Positions 1 through 8,458 of a DNA stretch of 36,672 nt are shown in pieces (position 1 is the stretch's first letter; every line of letters starts with the position of its first letter). The notes beneath the pieces are model-generated. The model was given only the letters and a program-made list of their open reading frames with translations, ran no database searches and was not told where the DNA came from. The DNA is taken from positions 1 to 36,672 of the forward strand of contig CAYYHF010000002.1 in NCBI GenBank assembly GCA_964471415.1, written 5' to 3'. Source of the DNA: an uncultured Clostridia bacterium (GTDB lineage: Bacteria; Bacillota; DTU025). A program made the translations under genes and the position numbers.

Positions 1-72
1 AGCTTGCAGCCGTATACATCAGTAGCGGGCAGTCGCCGACGAAGCCAACGCGGACAAGCCATCGCACCCTGC
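1..72. repeat. Copy A of a 72-nt noncoding repeat. It is cut by the window edge. Its inverted partner is at 25161..25232.
   Basis: Ungapped hand alignment of 1..72 against the reverse complement of 25161..25232 gives 64/72 identities. The 8 mismatches show no codon periodicity. Confidence 0.8.
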
Positions 73-78
73 TATACG

Positions 79-126
79 TCCATCTGTACTTCCATGTGTA
101 CTCCCATCTGTGCCTCCATCGGCGGA
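79..126. repeat. Degenerate 12-nt tandem repeat, about 4 units
   Basis: The units are TCCATCTGTACT / TCCATGTGTACT / CCCATCTGTGCC / TCCATCGGCGGA. The array begins 7 nt after the end of repeat copy A. Confidence 0.7.
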
Positions 127-375
127 CTGCCGGCTGGGGGCTACCGAAAGATGCATGTGCGTCATGTTAGCTCCTTTGGCCCTGCGGCCCATGGAGAGCC
201 AGAGCCGAGGCGCGGGCTGCGGCGGCGCTGAGTGTTGTCCCCTGCTCCCCATGGGCTGGCGCCCGGTCCCAGATCGCGTCTGTTCGCAGCTGTCCGGCGC
301 TTGCTCCCGGCCAACGCTCGCTCCTGGCTGGGCGGTGTCTGGCTGCGGCTATCCTACGTGTATCCGCGGAGGTGT

Positions 376-405
376 GCATATGTCCGGATTGGCTCGGACA
401 CGTTA
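376..405 (+). promoter_or_regulatory. Candidate forespore sigma-G-type promoter upstream of spoIVB
   Basis: GCATA (376-380), an 18-nt spacer, then CACGTTA (399-405). The B. subtilis sigma-G consensus is GHATR-N18-CATXHTA. The site lies about 145 nt upstream of the spoIVB ATG. Confidence 0.3.
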
Positions 406-550
406 ACTGTGAGCGGGCGAATTCGGGTGTGCCATGATGCGCTGCTGATGCCCTGCGCAGGCTCTGGCGTAGACTTCGTGGACTTTGGCGCAATCATCCG
501 CGCGAACGCCTGCAGCCAGCGCCGCAAGGGCGCAGCAATACGGGGGCAGT

Positions 551-1912
551 ATGCAGGCAAACTCGCGGCGCGTTGCCATCATCCTGTGTGTTCTCCTATC
601 GGTGCTGGCGCTTGCCGCCGGCGGTCTGTTCCGGAGTGTCAGCCTTCAGCCGGCCTACATGCGAGTTATCGAAGGACAGGAGTTCGAACTCGGGGCTGGC
701 TTTAATCTGTCTGGGGCGCTTGTCGCCGACCCCCCGGACTCGCTCCTGATTAGCCGGGCAACAGGCGGGGGCATCTCGGTCACCCCCACCAAGTCCGGGC
801 GCGCCAAGATAGAACTTCGTCTGTTCAACGCCATACCGGTGAGGCGCTTCATCGTCGATGTCGTGCCGGAGCTCAAAGTGGCGCTGGGCGGGCATTCCAT
901 CGGCATCCTTCTGGCCAGTCACGGGGTGCGCGTCATCGGCCTGTACCCGGTTGTGGGCGTGGACGGGGGCAGATACATGCCGGCGCGCGATGCAGGCATC
1001 GCGGTGGGCGATGCGATCCTGACGGTAGACGGGCAGGAGATATCCGACCCGATCGAGCTGGAGACGGCCGTCAACCGCGTGGCTTCCGGCCCGACCGCAT
1101 CCGAGCGGGGGGCGGTGCGCCTCGGCATCATGTGCCAGGGCAAACAGCGCGAGGTAGTGGTGAGAGCTGTGCCTACTGACTCAGGCTATAGGATCGGCGT
1201 CTATGTAAGAGACAATGCTGCCGGTGTGGGCACGCTTACGTTCTGGCATCCGGGCAGTCTGCGCTTTGGGGCCTTGGGACATATCGTCGCCGACAGCCAG
1301 ACAGGCAAGGAGATCTCCATCACCGATGGGCGGATCGTGGCCGCGCGCGTGGCGGGGGTGGACGCGGGCGCAGCGGGGCGTCCCGGGGAGAAGATAGGCA
1401 CCTTCGCGGGCGTGCGCGACAATGTTGGCGTGATCGAAGTGAACTCGCCCATCGGAATCTACGGACGTCTAACCGTTAGTCTCGGCAATCCTCTGTATCC
1501 CGGGCTTGTGCCGGTGGCGCTCGCCTCTGCGGTCCACGAAGGACCGGCTGAGATCCTCACAGTGATCGCGGGGTCGGCAATCGAACGCTTCAAGGTAGAC
1601 ATAGTCAAGGTCACGCGGCAGACGCGTCCCACCGGACGAGGTATGGTGATCCGCGTGATCGACCCGCGACTGATCGAACGGACCGGCGGAATAGTGCAGG
1701 GCATGAGCGGGTCTCCCATAGTCCAAGACGGCAAGCTGGTCGGGGCTGTAACGCACGTATTCGTGTCAGATCCCACGCGAGGCTACGCTGTCTTCGCCGA
1801 GTACATGCTGGACGCCGCCGGCATCTCCCGCTACCAGCCGGAACCGGTGTCTTGGGCCCAACCACGTCAAAAGGCCTATACACGGGCGGATTTGGCAGAA
1901 CATATTATGTAG
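551..1912 (+). CDS. spoIVB: SpoIVB peptidase (S55 sporulation signalling serine protease with a PDZ domain)
   Basis: ORF 485..1912. An N-terminal TM segment is followed by a PDZ-like region (GIAVGDAILTVDGQEI) and the S55 catalytic region (GMSGSPIVQDGKLVGAVTHVF). The start is set at ATG 551, preceded by GGGGG. Confidence 0.9.
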   Translation: MQANSRRVAIILCVLLSVLALAAGGLFRSVSLQPAYMRVIEGQEFELGAGFNLSGALVADPPDSLLISRATGGGISVTPTKSGRAKIELRLFNAIPVRRFIVDVVPELKVALGGHSIGILLASHGVRVIGLYPVVGVDGGRYMPARDAGIAVGDAILTVDGQEISDPIELETAVNRVASGPTASERGAVRLGIMCQGKQREVVVRAVPTDSGYRIGVYVRDNAAGVGTLTFWHPGSLRFGALGHIVADSQTGKEISITDGRIVAARVAGVDAGAAGRPGEKIGTFAGVRDNVGVIEVNSPIGIYGRLTVSLGNPLYPGLVPVALASAVHEGPAEILTVIAGSAIERFKVDIVKVTRQTRPTGRGMVIRVIDPRLIERTGGIVQGMSGSPIVQDGKLVGAVTHVFVSDPTRGYAVFAEYMLDAAGISRYQPEPVSWAQPRQKAYTRADLAEHIM

Positions 1913-1970
1913 CGCCAGAGTAGGAAGCAAGCCTACATCAGTTGTGTATACGCCCTGACGGGGTTGAGAG

Positions 1971-2234
1971 GTGAGGCCTGTGCCGGAAGCTAAGCCGGAA
2001 ATGGACTCGTCTGCGATGCTCGCGCTGGAGAGACTGTCTCCGCGCGAGCGAGAAATCATAAAAATGGTAGCCCTCGGGTTGAGCAACCAGAGCATCGGGG
2101 AACGCCTGTTCATCAGCGATAAGACGGTCAAGAATTACGTCACATCGATACGCCGAAAGCTGGGTGTTGAGAACCGAATTCAGATCGCTCTTTACGCGAT
2201 CCGTTGCGGACTGGTGGATCCAGGCATCGTTTAG
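1971..2234 (+). CDS. GerE/LuxR-family single-domain HTH transcriptional regulator
   Basis: LSPREREIIKMVALGLSNQSIGERLFISDKTVKNYVTSIRRKLGV is a canonical LuxR C-terminal HTH. The size resembles GerE. The start is uncertain: GTG 1971, GTG 1980 or ATG 2001. Confidence 0.75.
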   Translation: MRPVPEAKPEMDSSAMLALERLSPREREIIKMVALGLSNQSIGERLFISDKTVKNYVTSIRRKLGVENRIQIALYAIRCGLVDPGIV

Positions 2235-2304
2235 CAGCAATAGAAGGAAACAGCGCCGGCATGTAGAAGTGGTAATACCATCTTCTCTGCGGAGGCTTTT
2301 CCAA

Positions 2305-3234
2305 ATGGTTGAAAGCAGCATAAGTGTTGTGCTGGCAGACGATAATGTGGAGTTCGCGCAGGTGGTCGAGGAGTTCCTTTCCTGTCAGCCCGACATGGTC
2401 TTTGCGGGAGCAGCCTACAACGGCAAGGCTGCGATTGAGCTGATTGAGGAAGCTCGGCCGGATGTCGTGATCCTCGATGTTGTGATGCCGCACCTGGATG
2501 GTCTGGGAGTCATGGAGCACATTAGGCGGGCGGACCCTCTGCGCCGCCCGCGCGTCTTGGTGATATCGGCGATTGCTATGGGGTCCACTGTATCGAGCCT
2601 CTTCAGCACTGGGGCAGACTACTATCTGGCCAAGCCTTTCGACCTTGAGGTGCTGGCCACGAGAATCCGGCAGCTTGCAGCGTTGCCGCTTGATAGGCCC
2701 TCAGGCTGCGGCGCGCGCTCTGCCGTGTGTGGCGCCGCCGACAGGGTGCCCGGAGCCGGCGTGGGCATCATCGGCGGCCACGGGATAGAGGCAAGGGCTG
2801 GGACTGCGACCGCACCCGCACCTGGGGCTGGACCCGATGCCGGGTTCGGAGGCATAACCAAAATCGACCGCGAAGCTTGTGTCGTCGAACTTGAGGTCAG
2901 CAGGGCGCTGCGGGAGATGGGCGTCCCATCGTGCCTTAACGGCTACGTCTACCTGCGCGATGCGATAATGTTCGTCCTGAGCCAAGGGGGCATGCCCGCC
3001 AGCATCACGCGGGTTGTGTATCCTTCGGTTGCGGAGAAACACAACACCACAGCATCCAGAGTTGAACGGTCTATGCGGCACGCTATCGAAACTGCCTGGA
3101 CCCGCGGCGACATCGACACATTAAACGAGGTCTTCGGGCACACCGTTGATGCCGAAAAAGGGCGTCCCACCAACTCCGCTTTCATAGCCCGGATCGCCGA
3201 CAAGATCCGACTTGACAGGAAGACGGCCAAGTAG
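2305..3234 (+). CDS. spo0A: Spo0A, the master sporulation response regulator
   Basis: Receiver domain (VVLADDN..., DVVILDVVMPHLDGLGV) plus the Spo0A-specific C-terminal DNA-binding domain (GVPSCLNGYVYLRDAIMFV, SRVERSMRHAIETAW, PTNSAFIARIADKIRL). ATG 2305 has a GGAGG 9 nt upstream. Confidence 0.92.
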   Translation: MVESSISVVLADDNVEFAQVVEEFLSCQPDMVFAGAAYNGKAAIELIEEARPDVVILDVVMPHLDGLGVMEHIRRADPLRRPRVLVISAIAMGSTVSSLFSTGADYYLAKPFDLEVLATRIRQLAALPLDRPSGCGARSAVCGAADRVPGAGVGIIGGHGIEARAGTATAPAPGAGPDAGFGGITKIDREACVVELEVSRALREMGVPSCLNGYVYLRDAIMFVLSQGGMPASITRVVYPSVAEKHNTTASRVERSMRHAIETAWTRGDIDTLNEVFGHTVDAEKGRPTNSAFIARIADKIRLDRKTAK

Positions 3235-3330
3235 CACTGCGTCCGCACAGGACCGCGATCGAATATGCCCCCGGGCACACAGAGCCGCGGCCGCGCGAAT
3301 GCGAACCGAGCCCGGCGGAATCCTAAATGC

Positions 3331-4491
3331 ATGGACGCTTCAGACGAACGAGGCGGCGATCGAACGGCTACGGTGCGGGGGACCGCTCGGGTGGATCGCA
3401 AGACCAAGCGTTTGCTGGAAAGGCTGTCGCCCGGCGAGATCGCCATCATTTCCCACGCCGACATCGACGAGGTGTCTGCGCAAGCGCTTGCGGCGCGGCG
3501 CCCGGCAATGGTGATCAACGCCGAGCCGTCCATAACCGGGCGATACCGGTGTACTGGTCCTGCTATTCTCATGGACGCCGGCATACCCCTGCTCGACTGT
3601 GTGGGCGACCAAGTGATTGACACGGTTGCCGATGGAGCTATGGTGCAGGTAGATCTGGACCAAGTCTTTGCCGATGATGTGCCGGCGGGAAGCGGGCGCC
3701 GTTTTACCCGCGAGCACCTAGCGGAGGCGTATGCGAACGCCGAAGACAATCTCGGGGCCGAGCTTGAGCGATTTGTCTCCAACACCCTCCAATATGCTCT
3801 GCAGGAAAAGGACATTATCTTGGGCGCGCTTGACGTGCCCGCCATCAGGACCCGCCTTCGCGGGCGTCACTGCGTGATAGCTGTGAGGGGTTCACGCTAT
3901 CTGGAGGACCTTGCCGCTCTGGGCGCCTACATCAGGGAAGTCCGGCCCGCGCTGATCGGCGTGGACGGCGGCGCCGATGCTCTGCTCGGTGCGGGATTCG
4001 TTCCCGATATGATCATAGGCGACATGGATTCTGTGAGCGATGAGGCACTCCTCTCAGGAGCTGAACTCATCGCTCACGCTTATCCCAACGGCCGATCGCC
4101 CGCCTCCGACAGGCTGAACGGCATGGGGCTGGCGCACGGCGTGTTTCCGTGTCCCGGCACAAGTGAGGACATCGCCATGCTCTTGGCATACGAAAAGGGC
4201 GCCTCCCTCATTGTGATGCTGGGTTCCCACTCCAACATGCTGGACTTTCTGGATAAGGGCAGGCCCGGAATGGGCAGTACATTCTTGGTTCGGCTGAAAG
4301 TCGGGTCTCGGCTGGTCGACGCCAGGGGAGTGAGCCAGCTCTATCGGGGGAAGCTACGAGCAGGGCATGTGGCAGGCATCGCCGTTGCCGCGGCAGTCCC
4401 GCTCATAGCCTTGACTCTCTTTTCGCGGCCGCTGGCGGGACTGGCCAGGCTGATCATCATGCGTCTTCGGCTGGCTCTGGGTCTGGTGTGA
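3331..4491 (+). CDS. steA: SteA-like putative cytokinetic ring protein (thiamine-pyrophosphokinase-like fold with a C-terminal TM)
   Basis: The N-terminus ARVDRKTKRLLERLSPGEIAIISHADIDEVSAQALAARRPAMVINAEPSITGRYRCTGPAIL matches the pattern I recall for actinobacterial SteA/Rv1697. The C-terminus is hydrophobic. The start (ATG 3331 or ATG 3265) is uncertain. Confidence 0.7.
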   Translation: MDASDERGGDRTATVRGTARVDRKTKRLLERLSPGEIAIISHADIDEVSAQALAARRPAMVINAEPSITGRYRCTGPAILMDAGIPLLDCVGDQVIDTVADGAMVQVDLDQVFADDVPAGSGRRFTREHLAEAYANAEDNLGAELERFVSNTLQYALQEKDIILGALDVPAIRTRLRGRHCVIAVRGSRYLEDLAALGAYIREVRPALIGVDGGADALLGAGFVPDMIIGDMDSVSDEALLSGAELIAHAYPNGRSPASDRLNGMGLAHGVFPCPGTSEDIAMLLAYEKGASLIVMLGSHSNMLDFLDKGRPGMGSTFLVRLKVGSRLVDARGVSQLYRGKLRAGHVAGIAVAAAVPLIALTLFSRPLAGLARLIIMRLRLALGLV

Positions 4492-4539
4492 TCTGAACGC
4501 CGGCGGGCACGGGAGAACGGAAGGACGCCGAGTGTCGTG

Positions 4540-5412
4540 ATGAGCATCAGGTATCACGTGATATCGTTGGCGGCGGTCATCGTTGCTCTGGGCGTAGGCA
4601 TTTTGGTAGGGGCGTTGGTAGTGGGCGACCGGGGGATGATGAGGCAGCAGGAATTGCTGATCAACCGCCTGGATGCGGATTTCGAAAGGCTCATGGGCGA
4701 CAGAGACCAGCTGCTATGCGAGACTGAGGCAGTTCACAGATTTGCGCAGGAGGCAATGCCCCATCTACTGGGCGGTCGGCTTGCAGGCCGGGGGGTGGCA
4801 GTGGTTGCTCTGCCCGGAGCTGGCGAGGCAGCCGGCGCTGTTGCGCGGGCGTGCCAAGCAGCCGGGGCGCAGGCAACGTTGATCGAGTTCACCGAGGCCG
4901 CACTGACGCGCGCGGGCCCAGGCGAGGCGGAGGTGTGGGCAAAGGCGGTGGCCTCATCCGACCCCGCCCGGATGAAGTGGCTGCATTCCAGCGGGGCGGC
5001 GAAGGTGAAGACGGCCGGGACAACCGCTTTCAGCGGGTTGGCGGTAATCGTGATGCCGGGGCTGAGCGCGGCAGGCTCGGAAATCGCACACGCTCTTGTG
5101 CGAGAGTCGGGTCGACGCATGATCAGGACCGTTTTGGGGTGGACCTCAGGGGTATCCGAGAGCTGGAGCGCAAACTGGCCGGCGCGCGCCGACTTTGGTC
5201 TTGGAGCGAGCGACCAGACGATATCATCGTCGAACGCTCCATCGTATGCTCCCAAGTGGTCGGCGCAGGTGTACGGTGTAGGGCGCATGCCCGGAAACAT
5301 CGCGGCTGTGCTGGCTTTGGCGGGCGCGGAAGGCACATTCGGGCTGCCGCCTGCGCCCTCGTTTCTGCCCGAACCGCATTCATTGACCGCGGGGGTCGCC
5401 GGCGGACGATGA
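4540..5412 (+). CDS. MctB-like 'copper transporter' family membrane-anchored protein
   Basis: The N-terminus MSIRYHVISLAAVIVALGVGILVG resembles the MctB (Rv1698) family signature. The gene sits directly downstream of steA, as in actinobacteria. Confidence 0.6.
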   Translation: MSIRYHVISLAAVIVALGVGILVGALVVGDRGMMRQQELLINRLDADFERLMGDRDQLLCETEAVHRFAQEAMPHLLGGRLAGRGVAVVALPGAGEAAGAVARACQAAGAQATLIEFTEAALTRAGPGEAEVWAKAVASSDPARMKWLHSSGAAKVKTAGTTAFSGLAVIVMPGLSAAGSEIAHALVRESGRRMIRTVLGWTSGVSESWSANWPARADFGLGASDQTISSSNAPSYAPKWSAQVYGVGRMPGNIAAVLALAGAEGTFGLPPAPSFLPEPHSLTAGVAGGR

Positions 5413-6089
5413 ACATTGTGGCGATAGTGCCAGCGCTAAACGAGCAGTTCAGGGTGGGTGCGACCGTTACAGCGCTGGCACGCATTGGGGTTGGGCGCGC
5501 TATCGTGGTGGATGATGGGTCGGGCGACTTTACAGGGCAGGCGGCGGCCGCTGCCGGCGCGATTGTGGTTACGCGCGAGCGAAGCGGGGGCAAAGGAGCG
5601 GCCATAATCGATGGGTTAGCGAGGGGTAGAGGTATGGTCGGGCCTCGGGGCTGTGTGGTGCTGGCCGATGGCGATCTGGGCGAGAGCGCGGAAGAGATGG
5701 CCAAGGTGATAGCGCCCGTGGCAAGCGGGTCGGCGGACATGGCGGTTGCCGGGTTTCCCCCGGCCGCTGGCGGCGGATTTGGTCTGGCGGTGGGCCTTGC
5801 GCGTGCCGCAATTCGACGCCTGTGTAGACTGGACTTGAAATGGCCGCTGTCGGGGCAGCGCGCTATGCGGGCAGACCTGCTCTTTGGCATGCTTGATGAG
5901 GGACTTGTGCTTGAACGCGGGTTCGGCTTTGAGGTCGGCCTGACCATCGACTGGCTCAGGTCCGGGAACTCGCTGATCGAGGTGCCCACTCACATGACGC
6001 ACCGGGCAACGCGTCGAGATATCGCGGGCTTTGCCCACCGGGGCAGACAGTTCGGGGCAGTGGCGCGGGCGCTCGTCGCGCGGCTGTAG
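5409..6089 (+). CDS. Family 2 glycosyltransferase
   Basis: IVAIVPALNEQ..., VVDDGSGD..., GKGAA... motifs. The ATG overlaps the upstream stop (ATGA), which suggests translational coupling. Confidence 0.8.
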   Translation: MNIVAIVPALNEQFRVGATVTALARIGVGRAIVVDDGSGDFTGQAAAAAGAIVVTRERSGGKGAAIIDGLARGRGMVGPRGCVVLADGDLGESAEEMAKVIAPVASGSADMAVAGFPPAAGGGFGLAVGLARAAIRRLCRLDLKWPLSGQRAMRADLLFGMLDEGLVLERGFGFEVGLTIDWLRSGNSLIEVPTHMTHRATRRDIAGFAHRGRQFGAVARALVARL

Positions 6090-6092
6090 CAG

Positions 6093-7040
6093 TTGAACAT
6101 GGGCAACGGACCCGGAATGATCCTGGACGGCCTGTTTGGCGCGCTGGCGGGAGCGGCGATTACGCGGGTGTGCGCGCCGCGCGTCATGGACATGCTTCTT
6201 CAGACAGTGGGCCCTGTGGCCAATTACCGGGGACGACCAACTGCGTTCCCCGCCGGCCTCGCTCTGGTTTTGGGAGCGACCGCCGGTTCGGCGACTGCAT
6301 TGGCTGTGCGCCTTGGGGACGGGATGTGTCTGGAGTGGGCGGCACATGCCGCGTGTCTTGTACTCATTCTCGGCTTCGGGCTTGCGGGATTCACGGACGA
6401 TATTCTTGGAGGCCGCCAATACTCGGGCTTCTGCGGCCATCTGGGCGCGGCGCGCAGGGGCATTCTCACCACCGGGGCGCTGAAGATAGTCATGGGGACC
6501 GTTCTGTCAGTGGCTGCGGTCATGCTGAGGAGGGCCGGAACATGGCATTGCACCGCGCCTGCCGCAAGCGCCGGGAACGCCCTCTCAGGCGCCGGCCCGC
6601 TGTTCTTAGCTGAGCTGCTTTTGGATTCCGCTTTGGTGGCTGCAACCGCCAATCTGATCAATCTGCTCGACCGGCGTCCGGGTCGAGCCATTAAAGGGTT
6701 CGCGCTGGGCGCCATGGCAGCCTCGATCGGCATATGGCTTACACGCGGCCCAGACGAGCTGCCTTACGCGTTGTCGCCGGCCGCCGGCATGCTCGGGGCG
6801 GCGGCGGCCTTTATCCGGCGCGACCTAGGAGAACAGGCCATGCTGGGCGATGCAGGGTCCAACCCCCTTGGCGCGATACTCGGCTTCACCTTTCTCTCCA
6901 TTGCGCCTGCGCCGCGTATCATGCTGCTCGCGCTGATTGCGTGGCTCACTCTCGCATCTGAGCGCATCTCCTTCAGCGATGTCATCGAGTCCAATCGGGT
7001 GTTGCGCTTCCTTGACAGGTTGGGGCGGAGCGACTGGTAG
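6093..7040 (+). CDS. Polytopic membrane protein, divergent MraY/WecA-like (GT4-type polyprenyl-phosphate sugar-phosphate transferase) homolog
   Basis: Multiple TM segments. FTDDILGG, NLINLLD and LGDAGSNPLG motifs resemble the MraY/WecA family, but the DGxDGLA box is replaced by DRRPGRA. Confidence 0.5.
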   Translation: MNMGNGPGMILDGLFGALAGAAITRVCAPRVMDMLLQTVGPVANYRGRPTAFPAGLALVLGATAGSATALAVRLGDGMCLEWAAHAACLVLILGFGLAGFTDDILGGRQYSGFCGHLGAARRGILTTGALKIVMGTVLSVAAVMLRRAGTWHCTAPAASAGNALSGAGPLFLAELLLDSALVAATANLINLLDRRPGRAIKGFALGAMAASIGIWLTRGPDELPYALSPAAGMLGAAAAFIRRDLGEQAMLGDAGSNPLGAILGFTFLSIAPAPRIMLLALIAWLTLASERISFSDVIESNRVLRFLDRLGRSDW

Positions 7041-7159
7041 AGAGGGGCGGACCACGGCCGCTGCATCCGGGCAGAGCCTCGAAGCTTTCTCACACTTTGC
7101 GGCCTGTTTCGGGCTTACTGTAGGAGGAAGTGTCGAGGGCCGCGTAGAAAGTTTTCAGC

Positions 7160-8359
7160 ATGAAGCTCGTGACATCCTGTAGCTACATTCCCCTTGAGGT
7201 CGCCTTGGCATGTGGATTACCTGTGAAGAGGCTAGTCCCGTGCTTGCCCACGTCCCAAGGCGGTCCGATGGACGCTTCCGACGTAGACCGCTCTTTGGAC
7301 CCCGCAGGACTTCTGCCGCGCGACTTCTGCCCGTACGCGCGGGCGTTCGTGCGTTCGTTCCCTCCCAGGCAGGTTGTGGCCATCGCCGGTTCGTGCGATG
7401 CGATGCGCAGAGCGTATGACACCCTGTCCTACTGGAAGATCGCCGATAGAGTGTGCTTTGTGGACGTCCCGCGAACGACTGACCCGGGCGCCGTGGGCTA
7501 TTACGCCGGCGAACTACAGCGGCTGGCGAGCGCGTTGAGGGAGATGGGAACGGAGGCCGCGACCGAGGACGGTTGCTCCCGCGCGCCTTCAGAGGAAGAC
7601 AGTCTGCAGGGCGAAGACCGTCTCTGGCTTGCGATACAGCTGATGGACGCGATAAGGCGAGCGATGGCGCAACCGATTGAGGCGATGCGCGCCGGACGAA
7701 TGCGCGCCTCTGGCGTTGTCCGATTGGCGTTGGAGATCAACCGGATCCTGGGCGCCGCGGGAGGAGACTTTACTCCCGAAAGGGCGAGGGACCTGGCGTG
7801 CGCAGTCGAGGAAGCCATCGCTCGCGACTGCCGCGACCAGTGTGACCAGCGCGATGGGCGCGACCGGCGCCGGCGAAACCAGCGGGATGAGTCTGCCCGG
7901 CGCGCGCGCGTGCCGGTGGGAGTATCAGGAACGTGCCTGCTCGATCTGACGCTCCTTGAATCGCTCGAAGACGCCGGTTGCGATGTAGTTTTCGTGGAAT
8001 CGTGCTCACTGTCGCGTTCATTCGATTTCCGTGTAGGCGATGCCCGCGAATCTTCAGGCGACCCCTTTCTGGCGCTGGCGCGCGCCTACTTGGCCAAGCC
8101 GCCGTGTCCGCGCATGTATGTCGGCGCCGCCAGGGCTGAATACCTGACGGCGCAGGCGCTAGGGTCAGGGGCGCGAGGGATTGTGTACTTCGCGCCCAAG
8201 TTCTGCGATATAGCCTATTATGACTTTCCCGAGGCCAGGGCGGCTCTGCGGGGAGCGGGCATTCCCGCGCTGCTTGTGGAGGGCGAGTTCGGCGCAGGCG
8301 CGATGGGGCAAGTTGTCACCAGGGTCACCGCCTTTCGCGAGATGCTTGAAGGTAGGTGA
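7160..8359 (+). CDS. 2-hydroxyacyl-CoA dehydratase / benzoyl-CoA reductase B/C-family subunit
   Basis: N-terminal CSYIPLEVALACGLPVKR and C-terminal VYFAPKFCDIAYYDFPEARAALRGAGIPALLVEGEF are typical of the HgdAB/BcrBC family. The protein contains an R/D-rich repeat insert. Confidence 0.75.
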   Translation: MKLVTSCSYIPLEVALACGLPVKRLVPCLPTSQGGPMDASDVDRSLDPAGLLPRDFCPYARAFVRSFPPRQVVAIAGSCDAMRRAYDTLSYWKIADRVCFVDVPRTTDPGAVGYYAGELQRLASALREMGTEAATEDGCSRAPSEEDSLQGEDRLWLAIQLMDAIRRAMAQPIEAMRAGRMRASGVVRLALEINRILGAAGGDFTPERARDLACAVEEAIARDCRDQCDQRDGRDRRRRNQRDESARRARVPVGVSGTCLLDLTLLESLEDAGCDVVFVESCSLSRSFDFRVGDARESSGDPFLALARAYLAKPPCPRMYVGAARAEYLTAQALGSGARGIVYFAPKFCDIAYYDFPEARAALRGAGIPALLVEGEFGAGAMGQVVTRVTAFREMLEGR

Positions 8360-8458
8360 GCGCGGCGCGCGTGAGGTCCGTAAACAGGAAGGCGGTGCAT
8401 TGGAAGATACATCGCCAACAACTCACACGGGCAAACGGGAGAAGGGTGGAGAGGCACG

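Noticed and set aside
2235-2304. Spo0A autoregulatory 0A boxes (TGTCGAA) upstream of spo0A
   Set aside because: I saw no TGTCGAA or TTCGACA in the 70-nt spacer or the adjacent upstream gene end. Regulation may come from further upstream.
2949-3845. Long antisense or overlapping ORFs throughout the track (for example 2949..3845 -, 5123..5989 -, 5616..6440 -, 8900..9895 -, 10019..10738 -, 10284..10991 -, 18260..19639 -, 25783..26610 -, 27006..27857 -, 4851..5408 +)
   Set aside because: These are typical high-GC shadow ORFs. They are Arg/Pro/Ala/Ser-rich and carry no motifs. Each lies opposite to, or out of frame with, a gene that has strong family signatures.
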